From Octopus sinensis (taxonomy: Eukaryota), in the NCBI RefSeq assembly GCF_006345805.1, contig NC_043025.1:7440001-7504000 (forward strand): a stretch of 64,000 nt of DNA, given 5' to 3'. Below, one piece after another: positions 25,649 through 39,240 of the stretch. Positions within the stretch are counted from its first letter, which is position 1, and the number at the start of each line of letters is the position of its first letter. Position numbers and translations under genes: made by a program. A model generated the notes under the pieces. That model worked only from the letters and a program-made list of their open reading frames with translations, had not been told where the DNA came from and made no database searches.

Positions 25649-25834
25649 CTTTATTTAAAAACAGCAGAAATATAACAAAAGCTGTTACTCAGAGTTTCAC
25701 GTTCCTGTTTGTCGGCCAGTTTTGTTAAAATAGAACAGAAATAGCGATATGATCAAAATATAGCATATTACTCTACCTCTGGTATTTGAGTACTCTTTTT
25801 TCCACCTTGTTTCACATTTATGTGCTTACTCTAG

Positions 25835-25868
<34 letters not shown>

Positions 25869-26068
25869 ATATATAACCATATATGTGCCACATAAAAAGC
25901 ACCAACTACACTCTCGGAGTGGTTGGTCATAGGAAGGGCATCCAGCTGTAGAAACCTTTCCAGATCAGATTGGTGCCTGGTGCAGCCTCCTGACTTGCCA
26001 GTCCTCAGTCAAACTGTCCAACCATGCCAGTATGGAAAACAGACGTTAAACAAAGATAGTGATGTGTA

Positions 26069-26106
<38 letters not shown>

Positions 26107-26183
26107 GGTGGCGAATACTCGTTATAAATACCACCACCAGTGGCCTAGCATGTATAAAGAGTCAATAGACAACATATTTGTAT

Positions 26184-26392
26184 TTCAAAATAGAAAATTA
26201 CCCTTTAACAGGTAATTTTTACATGCTAGAAATAGCAGCCAAACACGGCCAACAACCACAATTTTATAGCAAATTTCGAAGTACATGAAAAATAAAAACC
26301 TTTACCTTGTTATATATATATAACTGCTGCTATTTGGCTGCTATTTTTAGCATGTAAAAATTACCTGTTAAAGGGTAATTTTCTATTTTGAA
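26184..26392. repeat. Inverted repeat, 60-bp arms, ~90-bp spacer
   Basis: 26184-26243 pairs with 26333-26392. Confidence 0.85.
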
Positions 26393-26403
26393 GTACGTAC
26401 ATA

Positions 26404-26483
<80 letters not shown>

Positions 26484-26796
26484 AATCCCAAAAAGAAGAA
26501 CAAACACAAAAAACAACACAGGGACATATGGTACATGTAATGTATTAGCAGACGCTCAGGGAAGGGAAGAAATGTGGTTTAATGTTTCGAGCAAATGCTC
26601 TTCTTTGGAAATGGAGGAAAGTCCAATAGAAAGGCAGACGGAGGAAGAAAATCATCAACGATTCACATGTGGTTACATTACACACACAGATATATATATA
26701 TATACATACATACACACACACACATACACATGTTTACACATATGTTGGTATGTGTGCTTTTCTCCTTATTCCATTTTGTCCCTCCTTTATTTGCAG

Positions 26797-27105
26797 GCTA
26801 CCATATTTGGATGTAGAAGACGGAACAGGAAATGGTGGTAACTTGATGACATCAGCAGGGGGAGTACCATCATCGGCAAGTGGAGCCAGTGGAGGTTCAG
26901 TGGGGCCTGGCAGCGGGGGGCCTGGAGGAACTGTAGGCGGTGGTGGTGTCGGGTCATCAAACACAAAGGATGGCTGTTCTCAGCCACAATCTGGAGTAAC
27001 CCCTACTGGAGGGGACTGCCTGTCGGAGGCAAATGGTTCCAACCTCTCCATGTCAGATATTCTTCCACCCCTCATCAACGCCAGATCGAACAAGACCAGG
27101 AAACT
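26797..27105 (+). CDS. SUPT7L: SUPT7L C-terminal cassette exon A (LPYLDVED...Gly/Ser-rich...PPLINARSNKTRK)
   Basis: ttgcag acceptor and CT|gtaagt donor; 309 nt, phase 2/2. Confidence 0.85.
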
Positions 27106-28060
27106 GTAAGTAGTAGTGACGGTGATGGTGGTAGTATTTTATGGTTGTTTATTGCTCTGCTGGTGGTGCTCGTGTTGTTGTGGTGGTCATGCTGTAATGA
27201 TTGTTGTTGTGGTGCTAGTGTTTGTTGTTTTAGTGGTGTTGTTTAGTTGGATATGATGGATGTTTGGTGATATGATCTCCTAACATACAACTGGTTTCTC
27301 ACTGAACATGAGTAGCAACCAAGGTAGAAGATGAGATATTGTTCTCTCTGATAACGAGAATCAGAGGATTGCTTGTTGTAGTTTCACATATATATATAGA
27401 TGAGGTCACAGAATTGATATTTATGCCTTACGTTATCATATTTTTTGCAGTTAATTTTTAAAATAATGAAAATTTTAATTAAACAAATTTGTCCTTATTA
27501 ATCTAGTATTTGGAATATGAATCAGTGTGGAAATTTGATGGTTAGTTTTAATTTACATCATTTTAAAATATAGAACTTGGGCAGTTTTTGGTGGGTTGAT
27601 ATTAAAAGCGGTCAAGACAGTATGTAACATTTCTACCGGTGCATCTGAAATGGTCAGAGGTAAAGAAGAAATATTGGTTCGGTCCAAGGAGGGTAGTAGT
27701 GTTGTGGATTTTAGGCACCATGTTTGGGAGTAGGGGAATGATCTGGGTTGGGTGCCAGGAATAGTAGAACAGCTGTTCTAGTGATGACAGAGGGCAATGG
27801 TGAAGATGTAGCGGCTGAGAAGCTTTGCTAGAGGAAGAGGATGATTGATGCTGCCTTAGAGCTGATGGTTCAGCAGGGGTAAGAAAAAGAAGATTTACCC
27901 TATATGTAAATGTGTGTGTCTGGTGTGTATATACATATCTATGTATACTGATATTTATGTGTGTATATATATATGTATGTATGTATGTACCCTATATGTA
28001 AATGTGTGTGTCTGGTGTGTATATACATATCTATGTATACTGATATTTATGTGTGTGTAT

Positions 28061-28094
<34 letters not shown>

Positions 28095-28135
28095 GTATGT
28101 ATATATATATGTATGTATGTATGTATATATGTATG

Positions 28136-28174
<39 letters not shown>

Positions 28175-28476
28175 CACCCACTACACTCATGGAATGGTTG
28201 GCGTTAGGAAGGGCATCCAGCTGTAGAAACATTGCCAGATCAGACTGGGCCTGGTTCAACCTTCTGGCTTCCCAGACCCCAGTTGAACCATCCAACCCAT
28301 CCCAGCATGGAAAGCAGACGCTAAACGATGATGATGATGAGATATACAGCACTCAGCCTGTTTGACTGGAGTTAAATGTAATTACTAACATTTTGACCCA
28401 GCTCCAGATGAGTCAAAGTTCCTTGGGCACATAGGTCACAGGAGGCTGCCCAAGTCATGCTGAGCTCAGTCAAACT

Positions 28477-28969
28477 TCTATATATATAAAACTCAACTTG
28501 TGTGTCTGTGTGTTTAACTTTTGGATCTACCAAGTTTCATTATTAAGGATGGAAAGTAGTGTGTAGCAAATCTATTTGTATAAAGCTGAAGTTGTCTGTG
28601 TGTGGCAGGTTTAGTAGCCTTCAACTAGCACTTATCTCCTCCGAGACCCTGCAGCGCAAGTTGACCAAAATTAAGAGTATGATAGAAGGCGGCTTGCTCT
28701 TCATTCTGTAGAAGATAAAATTCAAATCGGACCATGTTAACACCAAAAATTATTTACATCAAAAAGGTGCTTTTTTTTCTATGAAAATCCCTATTTTTTA
28801 CGATTCTTTGACTGCTGTGTCACCATTTTTCAGTGTATTTCAACGAGAAAAATGTTCACTAAAAGAGAATAACAAGCTACATAATGCAAAATTTATACTT
28901 TTCAAAAATTCCAATTCTAAAGGGTGGAAACAAACCCAAGCAACACCGGGTGGGTGTTGGACCCACTAG
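28477..28969 (+). mobile_element. Non-autonomous Helitron
   Basis: TCTATATATATAAAA 5' end; hairpin CAACACC/GGTGTTG just before CTAG|T. Confidence 0.7.
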
Positions 28970-30201
28970 TATTAAATAAATGTGTATATATGTATGCACA
29001 CATATATATGAACATATGTTTATGTGTGTGTTTGTATACATATGTAGAAGATACATACACACAAACGTTTGTATCTACATGCATGTATGTGTAGGTGTGT
29101 GTTGTAGCTGATGTTGTGGTGTTCAGCATAAATTCATTATTTCTTTACCTGACTTGGTTCATATTTTGATATCGTTGCCGTCCGTCATTGCCTCTTTCTT
29201 CTCTTTCGTTCCTGTCTTTCCTTCTTGTGGCCATTCTTCTCCTCCTACTTCTTCCTTTTCTTTTTTTCTTCTTTCATCCTCCTTCCACCTCCCCCTCCTC
29301 TTCTCTTTGTTTTTGTTCTTATTTTTGCTATGTTGATGGTGATGGTATCACTGCTATAAATGTCACCTGTGATGATGTTGTTGGTCTTGTTTTATGGTCA
29401 CTGGTACAATGACAGCGATAATAATGATGATGATAATAATAATAATGATAATAATAAATTTGCTATTACTGCTGTTGATGATGATGATGCTTTGCTGCCA
29501 TTGTTGTATGCAAGTGCCACTTAGCACCTTGGGATTATTATTATTATTATTGAGTAAGAGAGCAGTGCATGCCATCAAAGTGACACTGGGGTAAAATATA
29601 CGAAGCCCAGTATACCCATCATGACTACCCGTCTGATAAGGGTACACCAGGCACATGCATCACAACCATATGTTCGCGACATGGTAATCTCATAACAAGA
29701 CAAACAGCGCACGACCTCGCAGGTGGGGCCCAGCCAGAATTCTCCTCTGGTTGGGTAACCCATCCCACTCAAAAGGTCCCTGACTAAGGGTTGTCCAAGG
29801 ATGTTGAACGAAACACCCATGCGTCCAGAGGTGAATCATTCAAACCCCAAAGAATCCCTCTCAACACATGGCTATGATGCTCCCACACTACTTCTGCTCG
29901 TGATCAGAGATGCACATATCGTCAGCCACTAAGGGACATGCTCAACTGGTTATGGTCAAACAACTGACAAGATTATTATTATTATTACTAAGGTGGTGAG
30001 CTGGTAGAATCGTTATTGCACTGGATGAAATGCTAGTGGTTGTTTGCCTATCGCTACGTTCTGAGTTCAAATTCTGCTGAGGTTGATTTTACTTTCCATC
30101 CTTTCGGGGCTCAATAAAAATAAGTTCTATTTGAAATCAGGGGTCAAATACAATCATCCGCTCCCCCAAAATTGCTCTCCCTATGGCAAAATTTGAAACC
30201 C

Positions 30202-30239
<38 letters not shown>

Positions 30240-30376
30240 GGTTTCAGACGAGGGAGTAAGTTGATTATGTCGACCCCAGTACTCAACCGGTACTTATTTT
30301 GGCAACCCCAAAAGCATGAACGGCAAAGTCGACCTCGTTAGAATTTGAACTTGGATCATAACAATTATTATTATTA

Positions 30377-30408
<32 letters not shown>

Positions 30409-30599
30409 CTGTTAGTGCTGTTGTCATCTCTCCTCGTGGTCGTTTTTTTATATTTTGTTGCTCTAAGTGCCACTTATGATGATGATGATGATGATGTTGT
30501 AATCTTCTTCTTGTTGATGATGATGTAGTCTTCTTGTTGTTGCTGATGTTGCTGATGATGATGACTGATAAATTTACTGTCACTAAATGTTGTTTGTGG

Positions 30600-30970
30600 T
30601 TCTCATAAAAAACACCATCCGAGCGTGGCCGTCTGCCAGCCTCGTCTGGCACCTGTGTCGGTGGCACATAAAAAAACACCATCCGAGCGTGGCCGTCTGC
30701 CAGCCTCGTCTGGCACCTGTGTCGGTGGCACATAAAAAACACCATCCGAGCGTGGCCGTCTGCCAGCCTCGTCTGGCACCTGTGTCGGTGGCACATAAAA
30801 TCACCCACTACACTCTCGGAGTGGTTGGCGTTAGGAAGGGCATCCAGCTGTAGAAACACTGCCACATCTGACTGGCCTGGTGCAGCCTTCGGGCTTCCCA
30901 GACCCCAGTTGAACCGTCCAACCCATGCTAGCATGGAAAGCGGACGTTAAACGATGATGATGATGATGAT
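30600..30970 (+). mobile_element. RTE-clade LINE 3' UTR fragment with 3 tandem ~60-bp units and (GAT)n tail
   Basis: Same tail as the ORF-bearing copies at 46048-47125 and 52290-53110. Confidence 0.75.
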
Positions 30971-32242
30971 GATAATGATGATGATGATGATGGTGGTGGT
31001 GGTAGTGTAGTCTTGCCATTTATGTTGCTGCTGCTCCTGATGATGACGGTGATAAATTTGCTCTCATTAAACGTTCCTTGTTGACGATGATGATGATGAT
31101 GATGATGTTGTCTTGCTGTTGGTGTTAACGATGATGACGATGATGATGTTTTTTTTTGTGATTGTTGTTTCTGATGATGTTGCTTGTGATGATGATATTG
31201 ATGTTAAGATATATATATATGTATGTGTGTGTATGCATGTATGTATGTATATACATATATATATATATATATATATGCTCTCGTTGCTGTTGGTGATTGT
31301 ATAGTCTTGTCTGTGATTGCTGTTACTGATGATGATGATGATGGCATAATACATACACACACACACAACTATGCATACACACACACATATGTATGTATGT
31401 ATATATGTGTGTGTGTGTGTGTGTGTGTATTATATATATATATATATATAAGAAAATTTCGATAGGTGAATGAATTATCCTATGTTTACCGTCAACATGG
31501 AAAATTCGATGAACCGATACCAGGGTAGCAAATTCACGTCAGAAACACGGTTGAAGCGACCTGTCCAAGGGCAGAAACTCCGGATTCATGTGCAGAAATT
31601 TGTGTGTTATATATGAATAAATAAATAAATGGAGTTGAACGAAGATGTTAACAAAATTCCTTTACTCTCGACATATGTTTCGAAGACAACATGGTTTTAT
31701 TCCAAAGGAATAAACGATGTAAGATGCAATCTTCTCATCAGGAAAGAAAGGGAGCCTCTCTCAACAACAAGACATTATAACAAGTATGATGACTGCCTAA
31801 ATAATAAACAGAACGTTATTAAGTATTTATTATTAATACTATTCTTATTATTATAATTGTATGAGGGGTTGGAATTAGCAAGATTAATGCTGGAACACCC
31901 GGGTGAAGAGCCTTTATTTAGCATCTTGGTATTGTGAAAAGATATAATTTGTGAAAGATTTCTAGTGTTAGAGAAAGCGATTCAAACTTTGTGGGAATTA
32001 ATAATAGAATAATATCTAGAATTCTTGGGAAAGTTCCTAGCAACAGCTTCACGGAGCTGCAAGGGAAGGTTCGATTTAATTTGTTTTCCGAAAGGGATTA
32101 CGAACCAGATACAGTTCTTAGTGACTTTTGAATTGTACGTAGTGTTATTTGTAAAAATAAGGGGAAAAATTTCTGGGTTGGAAATTTGGGGTTAAATAGC
32201 GCTTACCTCCCCTGGTCTGTAAAGAATTTATATTATGGACAG

Positions 32243-32461
32243 CAGTGGTTTTCAACCAGGGTTCCGCAGAAACTTGGGGTTCCGCCAGCACAGTCCAGGG
32301 GTTCCGCAAGAAGTTACAAAACTGCTAAAATCGGCAGTCATTTTTAATTCTCCTGTGCAGATATGTGTGCATAAGACTATTAAATTATTGCACAGGGGTT
32401 CCTTGAGCCAGTGGAATGTTTCCTTGGGGTTCCGCTCCAGCAAAAAGTTCGAAAAGCACTG
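32243..32461. mobile_element. hAT (Charlie-like) MITE
   Basis: CAGTGGTTTTCAAC...GTTCGAAAAGCACTG TIRs; degenerate 8-bp TSD (atggacag/gtgtacag). Confidence 0.7.
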
Positions 32462-32549
32462 GTGTACAGAAATTTGGAGTTAAATAACGCTTACCTCCCC
32501 TGGTCCCTAAAGAATTTATATTAAGTATTGGACTGCAATACGTAATATA

Positions 32550-33160
32550 GGCGCAGGAGTGGCTGTGTGGTAAGTAGCTTGTTTACCAACCACATGGTTC
32601 CGGGTTCAGTCCCACTGCGTGGCATCTGGGGCAAGTGTCTTCTACTATAGCCTCGGGCCGACCAAAGCCTTGTGAGTGGATTTGGTAGACGGAAACTGAA
32701 AGAAGCCTGTCGTATATATGTATATATATATAGGCGCAGGAGTGGCTGTGTGGTAGTAGCTTGTTTACCAACCACATGGTTCGGGTTCAGTCCCACTGCG
32801 TGGCATCTTGGGCAAGTGTCTTCTACTATAGCCTCGGGCCGACCAAGCCTTGTGAGTGGATTTGGTAGACGGAAACTGAAAGAAGCCTGTCGTATATATG
32901 TATATATATATAGGCGCAGGAGTGGCTGTGTGGTAAGTAGCTTGTTTACCAACCACATGGTTCCGGGTTCAGTCCCACTGCGTGGCATCTTGGGCAAGTG
33001 TCTTCTACTATAGCCTCGGGCCGACCAAAGCCTTGTGAGTGGATTTGGTAGAGGGAAACTGAAAGAAGCCCGTCGTATATATGTATATATATGTGTGTGT
33101 GTGTTTATGCGTCTGTGTTTGTCCCCCCTAGCATTACTTGACAACCGATGCTGGTGTGTT
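32550..33160 (+). mobile_element. SINE family 1 with triplicated head
   Basis: Heads at 32550, 32733 and 32913. Confidence 0.85.
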
Positions 33161-33590
33161 TAGATCGACCCCAGTGCGTAACTGGTACTTATTTAATCGA
33201 CCCCGAAAGGATGAAAGGCAAAGTCGACCTCGGCGGAATTTGAACTCAGAACGTAACGGCAGATGAAATACCTATTTCTTTACTGCCCACAAGGGGCTAA
33301 ACATAGAGGGGACAAACAAGGACAGACAAACGGATTAAGTCGATTATATCGACCCCAGTGCGTAACTGGTACTTATTTAATCGACCCCGAAAGGATGAAA
33401 GGCAAAGTCGACCTCGGCGGAATTTGAACTCAGAACGTAACGGCAGATGAAATACAGCTACGCATTTCGCCCGGCGTGCTACCGTTTCTGCCAGCTCGCC
33501 GCCTAGAAATAATCAACAACAAACAAATTTCGTCAATATTTAAAAAAAATTTCTTTATATATTTGTGTATGTGTGTATGCATGTGTTTAC

Positions 33591-33624
<34 letters not shown>

Positions 33625-34376
33625 ATATATTTAAGGTGTATAATTGCAGTTGTTGTTGTGGTCATTTATGTTGTTTTTTGTTATATTGATTATTATTATT
33701 GTTACTTTTCTTCATTGCCGTTGGTGTTGTTGTTATTGTTCAGCTGCAGGTCAGCTCCGATCAAGCAGACCTCTGTATCACAGGCACTCCAGCCGTGACC
33801 ACCCTGTCTCTGTAGTTTACAGACTACAGTATATGCATCAGATGTATATATCCGAGGGGGGGGGGATTTGGCTGCTATTTCTAGCAAATTGATTGAGGCT
33901 CTTTTGTAGTTTTTGTTGGTATTGCTTTCCATATTGAGGCTGTTGTTGTTGTTGTTGTTGAAGTAATTTTCGTTGTTGTTGTAGATGTTGTCTATTTATT
34001 TCATCTTTAAATATGACTTTATGACCAACCTAAGACATTTATATCTTTGTATGTATACATTTCTCTAAATGTGTTTTGTGTGTGTGTGTGTATATATATA
34101 TATATACACACAAACACACATATATGCGTGTGCATACACACACACACATACTCATTTCTATATTTTCCTAAGTATATATCCATGTTTGTCTCTCATGTGT
34201 ATGTGTGCCTATCTGTACATATATGTATGTGTGTGTGTGTGTATATTTATATATACACACTCATATATAAGTGTGCATACACATACACACACACACACAC
34301 TCATTTCCATACTTGTATCCATGCTTATCATGTGTATGTGTGCCTATATATACATATATGTATGTGTGTATATATA

Positions 34377-34418
<42 letters not shown>

Positions 34419-34507
34419 CATTGTATATATGTATGTGTGTATGCATGCTTGTATGTCTGTGTATATATATATATCAAATGAAATAAAAAACACAACACAA
34501 AGGATGT

Positions 34508-34604
34508 TGCGGTACACCTGTTTCGAGCTTTATAAAACAACTTATTCTTACATCAATGTATAATCGACATAACAGATAGTTTAAAGAAGCCCTCATCAGC
34601 CGCA
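34508..34604 (-). ncRNA. Type I hammerhead ribozyme motif
   Basis: UGCGG-CUGAUGA-GGGCUU...AAGCUC-GAAA-C-AGGU-GUA-CCGCA; stem I is 5/5. Confidence 0.75.
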
Positions 34605-35079
34605 TGCAATTGCTACACCAAAGACTTGTATCACATTATGAAAGGTCTGAGAAAGAACATTTGGTATTATTTATAATGGTAGGTAAACTGAGTATCACTG
34701 AGAAAGTATGTTTGTAAATCTTCATAATCAAATAGGTGTGCAGGGTATTATTGGACTTCGGAAATCCGTCCATACTGTATCATCAGTCAATATAGAGTGA
34801 ATGTTGAGTAGATTCCAGTGGGTTCATTCCTCTTATTTCCTTCCCCTACAAGAGGAATGAACCCACTGGAATCTACTCAACATTCACTCTATATTGACTG
34901 ATGATACAATATGGATGGATTTTTGGAGTCCAGTAATACCCTGCACACCTATTTGATTATGAAGATTTACAAACATACTTTCCCAGTGATACTCAGTTTA
35001 CCTACCATTATAAATAATACCAAATGTTCCTTTACGGACTTTTCATAATGTGATACAGATCTTTGGTGTAGCAATTGCA

Positions 35080-35176
35080 TGCGGCTGATGAGGGCTTCTT
35101 TAAACTATCTGTTATGTTGATTATACATTGATGTTAGAATAAGTTGTTTTATAAAGCTTGAAACATATGTACCACA
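35080..35176 (+). ncRNA. Type I hammerhead ribozyme motif (sense to SUPT7L pre-mRNA)
   Basis: UGCGG-CUGAUGA-GGGCUU...AAGCUU-GAAA-C-AUAU-GUA-CCACA; palindromic loop III; one stem I mismatch; predicted cut after 35171. Confidence 0.7.
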
Positions 35177-35286
35177 ACATCCTTTGCGTCCTGATTTTCA
35201 TTTATTTCATTTGATACATATATCCTCTCACCTATGCTACTAGCTGGCATATACAGGTGCTTACATTTATCAAGTATTCACCTTGA

Positions 35287-35334
<48 letters not shown>

Positions 35335-35899
35335 TATATATATTATATATATATATATATACACACACACACATAGGCACATATGTGGATAATGTTCAAG
35401 GTGTGTATGTATATACACACACATGTATAGATTCACATTTATATACATACACACACATACTCAAGCAGGTGTACACACACACACACTCAAGTACACGAAT
35501 ATACCTATATAGTTATATATGTACGTACACACAAATATACTCGTACATAAACACACACACAATCACACACACACACATTTATGCATATTTCTGTTACATA
35601 TATTTAGCATCACACACATACACACAGGTATTTTTTATTTCCTTATTTTATTTTTTTAGTTGCTCTATTTCTTTTAATCCTGTCTCCCCCTGCTAGTGTC
35701 CATTAGTCTGGATTGTAAGTTGTGTGTGTGTGTGTTTGTGTGTGCGTGTGTGTGTGTGAGAGAGAGAGGGTAACTGGCATTGGATGTATATGACTGCATG
35801 TGTGACATTGTGCGATTGAGTTTGTGTAAAGAGAGGTTGTGTGTGATGTGTGTATATTATTGGTTTCTGTGTGTGTGTGTGTAGCTATATACATTGCAT

Positions 35900-36300
35900 G
35901 TGTGAATGTGTGTATGTCGCTATATGCATTGCTTGTGTGTGTGTGTGTGTGTGTGTGGTGTGACTGTGAGACTGTGTGTGTGTAGCTATATGCATTGCTT
36001 GTGTGTGTGTGTGTGTGTGACTGTGAGACTGTGTGTGTGTAGCTATATGCACTGCTTGTATGTGTGTGTGTGTGTGTAGCTATATGCATTGCTTGTATGT
36101 GTGTGTGTGTGTAGCTATATGCATTGCTTGTATGTGTGTGTGTGTGTAGCTATATGCATTGCTTGTATGTGTGTGTGTGTGTAGCTATATGCATTGCTTG
36201 TATGTGTGTGTGTGTGTAGCTATATGTATTGCTTGTATGTGTGTGTGTGTGTGTAGCTATATGCACTGCTTGTATGTGTGTGTGTGTGTGTGTGTGTGTG
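35900..36300. repeat. (TG)n-containing ~32-bp minisatellite
   Basis: Repeated tgtgtgtgtagctatatgcattgcttgta. Confidence 0.85.
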
Positions 36301-36662
36301 ACTGTGTTTTATTAATAACACCAGGCCGAATGTGAAGTAATGGGCAAGAAATTTCAGTTAACCCCATATCTTAAGATTTCGTGTTTTGTAGTACAAAATT
36401 AATTACCTTACACTCTTCAGTAGAGACACACCAACGATATATAAGTGAAAGATACATATACATACCAATAAATTTCTGCGTACAGATACTAGTATATATA
36501 TGCATTTCCCGCATATATGTTCTTCTCCATTACCTTACCTTAGAGAGCAAATTTAGAGTGGCTTGTAAACATTTAACATCTACTTCTAGTGTATAGGCAT
36601 TTGCATTCCAGCGCCCTTAGTTATAATTATATTTTTATAATTGTATACTTAAAGATTTTATC

Positions 36663-36694
<32 letters not shown>

Positions 36695-36913
36695 TATATG
36701 TAGAAAAATACAAACTGGGACAAGAACGTAAAACATTTAGAAGACAATGCAAAAAACACGGACGGGACATTCAAAGCTTTCAATCTTCAGTCAAGAACCA
36801 GATCATCCTCGCAATTTCGGCTGATTAATCTTGAGATCGCTCCGATCCAGCCAACCCCAAGGAAAAACTAAGCTACGAGCATTAGATTTCTTGGGAAAAG
36901 GATCAAATGTATA

Positions 36914-36946
<33 letters not shown>

Positions 36947-37123
36947 CTTTTTCATTTTGTTTTTTGTAGATTTGTGGGGTTGATGTTGTCAAATACATAC
37001 ATGCACACATATATATCATTATGCATTATACATACATGCACACACATATAAATATTTTTTCGCAGTATACCTTTGAAATAAGTTCAAATAGATGCAGTGT
37101 TTGTGTGTATGTATGTATATATT

Positions 37124-37161
<38 letters not shown>

Positions 37162-37664
37162 AATATTTACACAATATATGCTATATATACACACACATGC
37201 AAACAGGTGAATGGCAAACACAGAAGGTCGCTAACTTGTCTTCAGGTATCGGCCAGAGGATCAAGCACAATTTTGGCCATTATGTGTATTACATATATAT
37301 ACAACTTAACCCTTTAGCATTTAAACTGGCCATATCTGGCCTCTTGCACCTACCCTACAATCTCGTGCTAGAAGTAAACAATCACATCGTTGAAATCTGA
37401 GAAACGAAAGATAATGCATGATTAATTCAAGGGAATGTTGATATATAAGTATCACATTTAACAATCATCTGATTATTAAATGGTTAAGCCTGAAATGGTT
37501 AGGGGCCTGCAAAACTTTTAGTCGCTTGGAACCAAATCTACGTGTTTTAAATAATATACACATATGCACTCTCTCTCTCACTTTCTCCCCATTCCTCACC
37601 CACTTTTGCTATCCTATATCTCTCTCCAACTCTACACACTCAGTAATACTATAAAAGAGACAAA

Positions 37665-37836
37665 TCTCCTGAAAAAATTCAATCTGACGAATCCACTAGA
37701 GTGGATGCAAGCGCTAATATATGATTTATAAATCCATGTGACATATTAATAAATAACTGTAAATATAAAACCATCCAGATTTCTGAGTAACTTATTTCTT
37801 CTAATATATAATACCTGTACATCATCTCCAAACATT

Positions 37837-37883
<47 letters not shown>

Positions 37884-38146
37884 GCACACACACACTCACC
37901 TGTATATATGTATGCATACACAAAATCAAACACAGTCATAAATATATATTTGTGCTTGTACTCATATATATATATTCTCCTGAAAAAATTCAATCTGATG
38001 AATCCACTAGAATGGATGCAAGTGCTAATATATGATTTATAAATCCATGTGACATATTAATAAATATCTGTAAATATAAAACCATCTAGATTTCTGAGTA
38101 ACTTATTTCTTCTAATATATAATACCTGTACATCATCTCCAACATT

Positions 38147-38238
<92 letters not shown>

Positions 38239-39028
38239 GCACACACACACTCACCTGTATATATGTATGCATACACAAAATCAAACACAGCCATAAATAT
38301 ATATTTGTGCTTGTACTCATATATTTCTCCTGAAAAAATTCAATCTGATGAATCCACTAGAGTGGATGCAAGTGCTAATATATGATTTATAAATCCATGT
38401 GACATATTAATAAATATCTGTAAATATAAAACCATCTAGATTTCTGAGTAACTTATTTCTTCTAATATATAATACCTGTACATCATCTCCAAACATTCTA
38501 ATGCACACACACACTCACCTGTATATATGTATGCATACACAAAATCAAACACAGCCATAAATATATATTTGTGCTTGTACTCATATATTTCTCCTGAAAA
38601 AATTCAATCTGATGAATCCACTAGAGTGGATGCAAGCGCTAATATATGATTTATAAATACATGTGACATATTAATAAATATCTGTAAATATAAAACCATC
38701 TAGATTTCTGAGTAACTTATTTCTTCTAATATATAATACCTGTACATCATCTCCAAACATTCTAATATATATATATACATATGCACACATACACTCACCT
38801 GTATATATGTATGCATACACAAAATCAAACACAGTCACAAATATATATTTGTGCTTGTACTCATATATATATATATATTATATATATATATATATATATA
38901 ATATATATATATATATTCTCCTGAAAAAATTCAATCTGATGAATCCACTAGAGTGGATGCAAGCACTAATATATGATTTATAAAAACACAAAATCAAACA
39001 CAGTCATAATTATAAATTTGTGCTTGTA

Positions 39029-39035
<7 letters not shown>
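37665..39035. repeat. ~264-bp tandem repeat x ~5 with variable internal (TA)n
   Basis: Units start at 37665, 37976, 38326, 38590 and 38917. Confidence 0.9.
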
Positions 39036-39087
<52 letters not shown>

Positions 39088-39240
39088 TATATATATATTT
39101 ATATATGTATGTATATTGAGATGTGTATATACGATGTATGTATATATGAATTACCACTTTCTTATTTTCTTCTCACCTCCGCAAACAAACTAAACGACGG
39201 TTAAAAAAATATATGTACAATAAAAAAAAAACCTATATAG

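Larger units (their letters stand above)
34472..35216. mobile_element. Large foldback element (Penelope-type inverted terminal repeats)
   Basis: Arms 34472-34834 and 34850-35216, ~90% complementary by eye, with a 15-nt loop. Confidence 0.9.

Noticed and set aside
33750-33798. Phase-2 acceptor giving RSAPIKQTSVSQALQP*
   Set aside because: Resembles a dispersed repeat (see 6250-6310) and lacks the cassette motifs.
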